From Synechococcus sp. A15-28 (GTDB lineage: Bacteria; Cyanobacteriota; Cyanobacteriia; PCC-6307; Cyanobiaceae), in NCBI RefSeq assembly GCF_014280175.1, contig NZ_CP047931.1, forward strand, positions 1,770,001 through 1,802,000: a stretch of 32,000 nucleotides of DNA. Reading direction: 5' to 3'. Of the stretch, positions 19,365 through 25,849 are shown piece by piece. How positions within the stretch are numbered: position 1 is the first letter of the stretch; the number at the start of each line of letters is the position of its first letter. The position numbers and the translations under genes were made by a program. The notes under the pieces are model-generated. The model saw only the letters and a program-made list of their open reading frames with translations. It searched no databases and was not told the DNA's origin.

Positions 19365-19400
19365 AAACGTAGGACTTGCGACACGCAAGTCCTACGTTTT
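19365..19400 (+). terminator. Rho-independent terminator after the mpeE-like gene
   Basis: Perfect 14-bp stem acgtaggacttgcg (19367-19380) / cgcaagtcctacgt (19384-19397), loop aca, then tttt. Confidence 0.8.
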
Positions 19401-19416
19401 CGAAGTCAAATCAGTT

Positions 19417-19530
19417 ATGACTAAAAAACTCCAAGAAATTCTTTCTATTTTTTTGTTTGTAGTGTTGTCTTGCTACGTCGGCTTTAGTGCTGTTCGCTTC
19501 GGCTCACTGCTGTGGCAACGCTTGAGCTAA
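19417..19530 (+). CDS. Candidate small single-pass membrane protein (37 aa), not in the ORF track
   Basis: My translation is MTKKLQEILSIFLFVVLSCYVGFSAVRFGSLLWQRLS. It has a basic N-terminus and a ~19-aa hydrophobic core. It sits in the otherwise empty 225-nt gap between the mpeE terminator and the DUF2470 gene. Confidence 0.35.
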   Translation: MTKKLQEILSIFLFVVLSCYVGFSAVRFGSLLWQRLS

Positions 19531-19558
19531 CTCCAGCAATTTCCTCCTTAGCAGCAAA

Positions 19559-19834
19559 ATGCCTTCTGATCCTTTGACTCCTGCCGTCAGCGCTCGGATC
19601 TGCAAACACATGAATGAGGATCACGCTGAGGCCGTTTTGGCCTACGCCCACCACTACGGCGGAGTGGATGCAGCATCGGCCGCCGAAATGGTGGCTGTCT
19701 CAGCAACAGACATGGAGCTGAAGGTGGACGGACAGCCACTGCGCATTCCCTTCGATCACACCCTCACCGACAGCGAGGACGCCCATCGCACCCTTGTGGC
19801 GATGCTTCGTGCCATGCCCAAACAGGACGCCTGA
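19559..19834 (+). CDS. DUF2470-domain protein (small stand-alone domain of the type found fused to HugZ/haem-utilisation-like proteins)
   Basis: 91 aa. ICKHMNEDHAEAVLAYAHHYGG...MELKVDGQPLRIPFDHTLTDSEDAHRTLVAMLRA fits the DUF2470 pattern (N.DH...L.....G, ..RIPF.....). Confidence 0.78.
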   Translation: MPSDPLTPAVSARICKHMNEDHAEAVLAYAHHYGGVDAASAAEMVAVSATDMELKVDGQPLRIPFDHTLTDSEDAHRTLVAMLRAMPKQDA

Positions 19835-19865
19835 GGGGAATCCTTCCAGCAGCCTTGCTTGATCG

Positions 19866-20501
19866 TTGTACCACCAACTGCTGAAGCTGGGCCGACAGCT
19901 GCTGATTCAGCCCACCTGCCGGCTCTGCCGATTCCCCCTCTGTCCGGACACTGAGGCAGACCCGATCTGCCCGCCATGCCATGACCGGTTTCAGCTCAAA
20001 AAAGGTGGTCTTTACGGATCGGCACCGCTGCCATGGCATGGCCTCTCGTATTACGACGGTGCTTTCCGCACCCTGCTGCTGCGACTTAAACGCCGTCCTG
20101 ACGATCGTCAGTTGTCGGCCCTGATCGGTTGCCTGCGAGCAACCCTGCCGATGCCGTATCCAGCCGTGCTCGTTCCTATCCCCAGCTGGAAACGCCGGCG
20201 GGCTAACCCCCTGCCGGGCTTGATTGCCACAACCCTGGGCCAGGTCCGAACCGATCTGCTGGAGCGCACCCGGGCCAGCGCCGGCCAACATCACCTGAAC
20301 CGTCAGCAGAGGTTGTCGAACCTCAGCGGTGCCTTCAAGGTCAGCGCCCATCTACAAGCCATGGAGGTCTGGCTGGTGGATGACATTCTTACCACAGGGG
20401 GCACAGCCCTGGCAGCGAGACAAGCCCTGCTGGATGCCGGTCATCAGGTCTGCGGCTTGATCTGTTTGGGGCGCACCCCCATCCGTCGCCTCCGGCGGTG
20501 A
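19866..20501 (+). CDS. comF: ComF-family protein (zinc-finger N-terminus + phosphoribosyltransferase domain)
   Basis: CRLCRFPLCPDTEADPICPPCHDRF is a 4-Cys finger. The PRTase motif is VWLVDDILTTGGTALAA. TTG start. Confidence 0.83.
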   Translation: MYHQLLKLGRQLLIQPTCRLCRFPLCPDTEADPICPPCHDRFQLKKGGLYGSAPLPWHGLSYYDGAFRTLLLRLKRRPDDRQLSALIGCLRATLPMPYPAVLVPIPSWKRRRANPLPGLIATTLGQVRTDLLERTRASAGQHHLNRQQRLSNLSGAFKVSAHLQAMEVWLVDDILTTGGTALAARQALLDAGHQVCGLICLGRTPIRRLRR

Positions 20502-20531
20502 TTTAAAGTGTTCGTGTCGCGTAGGCGACGT

Positions 20532-20604
20532 GCCGGGATAGCTCAGTTGGTAGAGCAGGCGACTGAAAATCGCCGTGTCCCCAGTTCAAATCTGGGTCCT
20601 GGCA
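20532..20604 (+). tRNA. tRNA-Phe (anticodon GAA)
   Basis: Hand-folded cloverleaf. Acceptor gccggga/tcctggc (one G-U pair), D arm gctc-agttggta-gagc, anticodon loop ct-GAA-aa, T arm cccag-ttcaaat-ctggg. Confidence 0.93.
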
Positions 20605-20625
20605 TCTTTTGATGCTAAATCTGTC

Positions 20626-20865
20626 GTGTCATTCATCTCACCTGATGCAGGCACGGATCGGGTGTTCGATAACGCCGACAGCTTTGCGATGGTGTTTGAT
20701 CGCACCTGGAAGCAGTTGCGATCAAGGGGCAACGGTGATGTGAGTCACGTCGACCACCTGGAAGCCGTGTTCGCGGCCATGGCAGATCATCCCTTTCTGA
20801 TCAGCTCGCCCGAGATGGCCAGACAGGTTGCTGCCTTCCGGATCCGCCTACTGGAGCTGAGCTGA
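20626..20865 (+). CDS. Conserved-hypothetical-like small protein, first gene after tRNA-Phe; start uncertain
   Basis: The ORF-track start (20575) lies inside the tRNA, so I moved the start to the first in-frame GTG after the tRNA. Alternatives are GTG 20662 and ATG 20689. Third codon positions are GC-rich. I recognise no motif. Confidence 0.45.
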   Translation: MSFISPDAGTDRVFDNADSFAMVFDRTWKQLRSRGNGDVSHVDHLEAVFAAMADHPFLISSPEMARQVAAFRIRLLELS

Positions 20866-20870
20866 AGCGA

Positions 20871-21389
20871 TCAAGCGGAGAGCAAGTCGATCTGCGGGTC
20901 ATCGACGTACTCGGTGTCACCCTCAGCGTCGTCACTGACCGCTTCGTCTTCCACCCGCTCGTCTTCGATCGCCTCGTCGAGATCACCTTGAGGTTCCGAT
21001 GGGGATGTGTCCTCAGCGTGGAGAGCAACCACCTGCGCCGGAGCCAGACGATCTCGGAGCAGGCGCACCTTCTCCTCACTGGCTGACAGCAACTCGCCAG
21101 CGTCATCACTGATGGCGTCTTGATCGTCATCGGCGATCTGGCTCTTCTCCACTTCAGCCAGCCTCGCCTCCAGGGCCATCACACGATCAGCCAGTGTCTC
21201 GGCCACTTCACTGAGGTTCAGCAGATGGGTGCACAACTGCCGCTCGAACGCGGTGCGCGGGGAGGAGGTGGTCACCGGGCTGGCCTCGTGTTGAGAAATT
21301 TCGCTGATGGTATCGATGCTGAAGCGGCTGTCCACGGGCTGCCTGACAGGCGACTGATCGCAGGAAGCTGGCTTAAATTCCTGACCCAA
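20871..21389 (-). CDS. Hypothetical acidic protein with a central coiled-coil-like segment
   Basis: 172 aa. The helical stretch is LLNLSEVAETLADRVMALEARLAEVEKSQ and the C-terminal half is very D/E-rich. Codon bias looks coding. No recognisable domain. Confidence 0.6.
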   Translation of the reverse strand: MGQEFKPASCDQSPVRQPVDSRFSIDTISEISQHEASPVTTSSPRTAFERQLCTHLLNLSEVAETLADRVMALEARLAEVEKSQIADDDQDAISDDAGELLSASEEKVRLLRDRLAPAQVVALHAEDTSPSEPQGDLDEAIEDERVEDEAVSDDAEGDTEYVDDPQIDLLSA

Positions 21390-21403
21390 GAACGCGGGTG
21401 TTG

Positions 21404-22072
21404 ATGTCCAGGCTGAGCAAGGTGCTGAAGATCAGCGCCTGGGTGGCGGCATTCATCGTTGTCGTCGTGCTGCTGCAGCGCTACGGCATTGCACCGCTTC
21501 AGGACGCCGTGAAAGGGATGGGGTTCTGGGCGCCGCTCGGCCTGTTTCTACTGCGGGGCGTGAGCATCATTCTTCCGGCCCTGCCGAGCTCGATCTATTC
21601 GCTGCTGGCAGGTTCCCTGCTGGGCTTCCAAACCGGATACCTCACGATCACCCTCTCGGATCTGGTGTTCTGCAGCACGGCATTTTTCATCGCCCGTCGC
21701 TGGGGTCGTGGTCCGGTGAGCCGTCTGGTGGGGGCCAGCGCGATGAAACGCATCGATGGCTTCAGCAAGAACCAGCTGGAGGGCAACTTCTTTTTGATGA
21801 CGGGCCTGCTGATGACCGGTCTGTTTGATTTCCTCAGCTATGCCATCGGCATCAGCCGCACCCATTGGCGGGTGTTCGCGCCAGCGCTGCTAATCAGCGT
21901 GTTGATCAGTGATTCGATCCTCGTGGCCGTAGGCGCGGGTGTGGCCCAGGGCGCCAGCCTCACCCTGGGCTTGGCTCTGCTCGCGATGTTTGGGCTGGCC
22001 ACCTTCACAGGACTGATGAAACGGAAAGCAGCGTCCAAGGACGCCCCCCATCCCCCCGTGCACCCAGGCTGA
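21404..22072 (+). CDS. TVP38/TMEM64 (DedA-related) family membrane protein
   Basis: Multi-pass protein. VSIILPALPSSIYSLLAGSLLGFQTGYLTITLSDLVFCSTAFFIARRWGR matches the TVP38/SNARE-associated core. The start is ATG 21404, with in-frame GTG 21398 and TTG 21401 just upstream. Confidence 0.83.
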   Translation: MSRLSKVLKISAWVAAFIVVVVLLQRYGIAPLQDAVKGMGFWAPLGLFLLRGVSIILPALPSSIYSLLAGSLLGFQTGYLTITLSDLVFCSTAFFIARRWGRGPVSRLVGASAMKRIDGFSKNQLEGNFFLMTGLLMTGLFDFLSYAIGISRTHWRVFAPALLISVLISDSILVAVGAGVAQGASLTLGLALLAMFGLATFTGLMKRKAASKDAPHPPVHPG

Positions 22073-22107
22073 TCACAGACAGCAGATCCCTTCACCCGTG
22101 CATGTCG

Positions 22108-22141
22108 AATCACCCGCCAACCAGGCTGCGGTGATTGTTTT
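22108..22141 (+). terminator. Possible terminator after the TVP38-like gene
   Basis: aatcacccgc / gcggtgatt forms a 9-bp stem with one bulged C and a 10-nt loop, followed by gtttt. Confidence 0.4.
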
Positions 22142-22182
22142 AAGGAACACTGGTTACGTTGATGCGATGAGGCCTGTTCTCG

Positions 22183-22614
22183 ATGAGCGCGCTTGCTGAT
22201 CCGAGAATCGAAGTGTTACAGGATCAGGCCGGGGCTAGTGGTGAACTGGATCTGCCCATCGGCGAAGGATGTTTCCGCATCAACCTGCGCGACGAGAACA
22301 TCGAGCTCTGGCAAGAGACGCTGGAGCAGCAGAACGCAACCCAAAGCACCCAACTGTTGCTCGCCTGCGAAGAAAGCGGCGGTGAACTGAAGGACACCCG
22401 ACTCACCTGGGTGGTGGGTTCAGCCATTCGCAGAGCCAGCGCCAACAGCCCCACCGCAGCAGCTCTGTTGTTGCAACAACTTGGCATCCCTGAGCCTCTG
22501 ACCAAGGCCGCTGTCGATCGTTGCCCGGGGCTTGGTGACGACCTGGTGTGGGCCTTTTATCTGGAACGTCATGGCTGGCTCATTGCCACCCCTGTCGCCG
22601 CCATCCAGCCTTGA
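22183..22614 (+). CDS. Hypothetical protein (143 aa), translationally coupled to aplA
   Basis: Its stop (TGA 22612-22614) shares base 22614 with the aplA ATG. Codon bias looks coding. No recognisable domain. Confidence 0.6.
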   Translation: MSALADPRIEVLQDQAGASGELDLPIGEGCFRINLRDENIELWQETLEQQNATQSTQLLLACEESGGELKDTRLTWVVGSAIRRASANSPTAAALLLQQLGIPEPLTKAAVDRCPGLGDDLVWAFYLERHGWLIATPVAAIQP

Positions 22615-23186
22615 TGGCTGACATCCCTGACTTGGCAGAGCTGATTCGCAGCGCTCAAGTGCAAGGCCTCAGCGGCGACCACTCTTTGCATGAAGAAGCG
22701 CGCCAGATCATTGGGGCAGCAGATCAGGAGCGTCGCCAACTCAGCCAGGAGGAACTGCTGAGCCTCTGCGCAGCCTCTGGACAGGATGCGTCACTGCCCC
22801 GAAGGCTCCAAAACCATGCGGATGACCTGGTGAACCAGGCCAGATGCCACCTGCTGGAGCAACAACCACAGCTCGTGCAGCCCGGCGGAGCCCTGTTCCC
22901 CGGCGAACGGGCCGATGCCTGCTGGCGGGACTGCTGGCACTTTCTGCGCGTGATCGTTTATGCCGTGGCCTGCCAGCGAAGCAACTTCACAAACCCCACT
23001 GGCATGGCAGCCCTTCGTGAGTTGTATCAGCTGATGGGCGTGCCAACGGAGGGCCTGAATATCGCCCTCATGCAGCTCAAAGTGCTTGCAGCGCAGGAGT
23101 TTGAGCGAGGAGCAGATCAGGAGCTCATCAACGCCTGCTTCCAACACCTGATCGAGCAGCTCAATAAAACTGCAGTTAAGAGCTGA
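22614..23186 (+). CDS. aplA: Allophycocyanin-like phycobiliprotein paralogue (AplA-like)
   Basis: 190 aa, globin-like helical. ADACWRDCWHFLRVIVYAVA matches the phycobiliprotein Cys-82 chromophore-site pattern C.RD....LR...YA. It lies directly upstream of cpcG2. Confidence 0.72.
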   Translation: MADIPDLAELIRSAQVQGLSGDHSLHEEARQIIGAADQERRQLSQEELLSLCAASGQDASLPRRLQNHADDLVNQARCHLLEQQPQLVQPGGALFPGERADACWRDCWHFLRVIVYAVACQRSNFTNPTGMAALRELYQLMGVPTEGLNIALMQLKVLAAQEFERGADQELINACFQHLIEQLNKTAVKS

Positions 23187-23257
23187 TAAGAGAAAAAAAA
23201 GACTCCTTCGGGCCACGAGAGGATCAGCCTCTAGGCATTTCCACTCACGGCACGCGC

Positions 23258-24016
23258 ATGGCCCTTCCGCCCCTCGGATATCCGCTCAGTGCACAGAACA
23301 GTCGCGTCAGCAACCTGGCCGGTGACAACAGCACCGTCCAGAGCCCGCTCTACGGAACGTCTGCCGCCGGAGATGAAAGCACTCGGGCCGAGATGGACCG
23401 CCTGATCGAGCAGGCCTACCTGCAGGTGTTTTTCCATGCCATGCGAAGCGATCGCGAACCATTCCTGGAATCCCAACTGCGCAGCAGCAACATCACTGTT
23501 CGCGATTTCATCCGCGGCCTTCTGCTCTCCAAGAGGTTCCAGCAGGGGTACTACCAGTGCAACTCGAACTATCGGATGGTGGATCAGGTCGTGGGCCGTG
23601 TTCTCGGTCGACCCGTCCATAGCGATGCCGAACGGCGAGCCTGGTCTATTGTGGTCGGGGAGAAGGGTTTCACAGCATTCGTTGATGCCCTGCTGGACAG
23701 CAGCGAGTACATGGACAGCTTCGGCTATGACCTCGTGCCGCAGCAACGATCGAGGCGGCTCCCCGGACGGGCCCTCGGTGAAACGCCGATCTACCAACAG
23801 TTCCCGCGCTACGGGGCCGATTGGCGGGATGCACTGCAGGATCGGGCCCCAAGCGATCAAGCCGCTCAGATGCAACAGCTGGAGACCTCCGCGGTCTGGG
23901 TCAACGGCCAGCCTCCGGCCTTCGCGCTAAGGATATGGCTTGGACTTGCCCTGGTAGGAGGATTTGAACTGGGTCGGGTGGTCCTTACGATCGCTTTGGC
24001 AATGGCGAAAAGTTGA
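23258..24016 (+). CDS. cpcG2: Phycobilisome rod-core linker paralogue CpcG2 (CpcL-like, hydrophobic C-terminal tail)
   Basis: PBS-linker domain motifs are IEQAYLQVFFH, ITVRDFIRGLLLSKRF, VVGRVLGRP and EYMDSFGYDLVP. The C-terminal tail FALRIWLGLALVGGFELGRVVLTIALAMA is hydrophobic. Confidence 0.85.
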   Translation: MALPPLGYPLSAQNSRVSNLAGDNSTVQSPLYGTSAAGDESTRAEMDRLIEQAYLQVFFHAMRSDREPFLESQLRSSNITVRDFIRGLLLSKRFQQGYYQCNSNYRMVDQVVGRVLGRPVHSDAERRAWSIVVGEKGFTAFVDALLDSSEYMDSFGYDLVPQQRSRRLPGRALGETPIYQQFPRYGADWRDALQDRAPSDQAAQMQQLETSAVWVNGQPPAFALRIWLGLALVGGFELGRVVLTIALAMAKS

Positions 24017-24017
24017 C

Positions 24018-24731
24018 ATGTCCACCACCGGATCTGCACCCCTCAACCTGCGTGAGTGGACGGCACCGGAAAAGCTCTCACCAAACGGTTCACCTCTAGT
24101 ACCCGTTGATGCAAGAGGTGCTGATTGGCACGGGATCGAGCTGGGCGAGCTCGATTTACGCGGAGCAAAGCTTTGTCGCTGCAATTTACGAGGCACAGAT
24201 CTCAGTCATTGCCAACTTGATGGCGCTGATCTCCGCCTAGCTCGCTACGACAACCAAACCGTCGTACCTGTTGGTTTCGACTTGAGCAACAGTGGAGCTG
24301 TGGGGCCCGGCGCCAAGCTCAACGGTGTCTATCTCAACAGCTCCGACCTGCGAGGCATGGATCTGCGGGGAAGCATGCTGCTTGGCAGCTATCTGAGTGG
24401 AGCTGACTTAAGCGGAGCGATACTTGATGGAGTTTCACTGGCCGGTTCAGATCTCCGGTCGTCCACCATGCGGGGAGCAATGTGCCGCGGGACACGATTC
24501 GGCACCTGCGAACTCGACATGGCTGATCTTCGCGGCGCTGACTTGGAAGGAGCTGTTCTAGAAACAGTCGAGTCGATAAGAGGCGCCGATTTTTCCCTCT
24601 GCACAGGGCTGGGCGCTCAGATCGATGCTCTGTTGTCCCGATCAGTTGAAGAACTCGATTGCTGGAACCCCTTAACACGCTCCACAACGCGGAACAGCCT
24701 TGAATCATTACGGGCTGCTAGAGCCGATTAG
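24018..24731 (+). CDS. Pentapeptide-repeat protein
   Basis: Long runs of A(D/N)L..-type pentads: LRGAKLCRCNLRGTDLSHCQLDGADLRLA, SDLRGMDLRGSMLLGSYLSGADLSGAILDGVSLAGSDLRSS. The ATG lies 1 nt after the cpcG2 stop. Confidence 0.85.
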   Translation: MSTTGSAPLNLREWTAPEKLSPNGSPLVPVDARGADWHGIELGELDLRGAKLCRCNLRGTDLSHCQLDGADLRLARYDNQTVVPVGFDLSNSGAVGPGAKLNGVYLNSSDLRGMDLRGSMLLGSYLSGADLSGAILDGVSLAGSDLRSSTMRGAMCRGTRFGTCELDMADLRGADLEGAVLETVESIRGADFSLCTGLGAQIDALLSRSVEELDCWNPLTRSTTRNSLESLRAARAD

Positions 24732-24855
24732 CCCCGGCCTGCCCACATACAGCCTCAAAGCCTTAACCCACAACTGCTTGGGGGCGAGGGAATTTGGCAA
24801 AAGGGTCACTCCACGCAACACATGAACACACTTGATTGAGGTTTATAAAGAACAC

Positions 24856-24882
24856 GTTCTGTCAGAACGCTTCTGACGGAGC
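24856..24882 (+). promoter_or_regulatory. Stable stem-loop in the cpeC leader, preceded by a -10-like TATAAA (24844-24849)
   Basis: 12-bp stem gttctgtcagaa / ttctgacggagc (two G-U pairs) with loop cgc. It contains a perfect 7-1-7 DNA palindrome, cgttctg-t-cagaacg (24855-24869). It ends 28 nt upstream of the cpeC ATG. Confidence 0.5.
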
Positions 24883-24909
24883 ATTGCATGGCGAAACGTC
24901 AGAGCATCC

Positions 24910-25794
24910 ATGCCCTTTGGACCTGCCTCACTTCTAGGGGTCGAACGCTTCTCGGAAGAGAGTGAGGCACCATTCGAGCTGATCCCTGGCGATGACGATG
25001 CCCGAAAAGAGCAGATCATTCGGGCGGTGTACAAGCAGGTTCTTGGCAATGCTTATGTCATGGACAGCGAGCGTCAGGTTGTCGCTGAATCTCAGTTCAA
25101 GCTTGGAGAGATCAGCGTCCGTGACCTGGTTCGCCGAATAGGCAAGAGCGACCTGTATCGCAGCCGCTTCTTTGAAAGCTGCGCACGTTACCGCTATATC
25201 GAGTTGGCCTTCCGCCACCTACTGGGTCGCGCGCCCGCCGACTTTGAGGAAATGCGTGGTCATTCTGAGCGGCTTGACAACAGTGGGTACGACGCCGACA
25301 TCGACAGCTTCGTGGACTCTGATGAGTATCAAAACGCTTTCGGGGAATGGACGGTGCCCTTTCAACGGGGTTGGAAAACCGAAAGCTGTGGAACCATGCA
25401 GGAATTCACCTGGAGCTTTCAACTGTTGCGAGGCAATAGCAGCAGCAGTCTGAAAGGAGACCTCGCTGGCATCAGCAGCAAGCTCGGTGGTTCTGCGTAC
25501 CAGAACCGAGCCATCCCCGTGGTCCCACCGTCTTCAACCGAGGCCTTGGGATGGAGCTTCCGTCCTTCCCCAAATCTGCAGGATGCACCAACTCGCCTGG
25601 GGGTCGGCGCAGGCGAGCAAGGCCTCACGTATCGCGTGGAGGTCACCGCCTACAGCGCCAACAACGTTCGTCGGATCTCCCGGTACACCCGCAGCAACCG
25701 GGTCTTCTACGTGCCGTTCGACAAGCTCTCGGAGCAGTTCAAACGCATCCACCGCGAAGGAGGAAAGATCGCCAGCATCACACCGGTGACTTGA
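24910..25794 (+). CDS. cpeC: Phycoerythrin I-associated rod linker CpeC (PBS-linker + CpcD domains)
   Basis: MPFGPASLLGVERF is the N-terminus typical of CpeC. Linker motifs are IIRAVYKQVLGN, ISVRDLVRRIGKSDLYRSRFF and IELAFRHLLGRAP. The C-terminal CpcD-like domain is YRVEVTAY...FKRIHREGGKIASITPV. Confidence 0.9.
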   Translation: MPFGPASLLGVERFSEESEAPFELIPGDDDARKEQIIRAVYKQVLGNAYVMDSERQVVAESQFKLGEISVRDLVRRIGKSDLYRSRFFESCARYRYIELAFRHLLGRAPADFEEMRGHSERLDNSGYDADIDSFVDSDEYQNAFGEWTVPFQRGWKTESCGTMQEFTWSFQLLRGNSSSSLKGDLAGISSKLGGSAYQNRAIPVVPPSSTEALGWSFRPSPNLQDAPTRLGVGAGEQGLTYRVEVTAYSANNVRRISRYTRSNRVFYVPFDKLSEQFKRIHREGGKIASITPVT

Positions 25795-25849
25795 AGCTCC
25801 CCTCACTGAAATCACGTACACCAGACCACTTCAAAATCTCACCTGAACA

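Noticed and set aside
23449-23456. HIP1 palindrome GCGATCGC as a genome-wide repeat signal.
   Set aside because: I noticed only one clear copy in 32 kb, so it is not enriched here.
24888-24968. 26-codon uORF (MAKRQSIHALWTCLTSRGRTLLGRE) overlapping the cpeC start, as a leader peptide.
   Set aside because: It has no distinctive codon content and no recognisable ribosome-binding context. The cpeC N-terminus MPFGPAS fixes the real frame. I kept it only as a caveat within the leader-structure finding.
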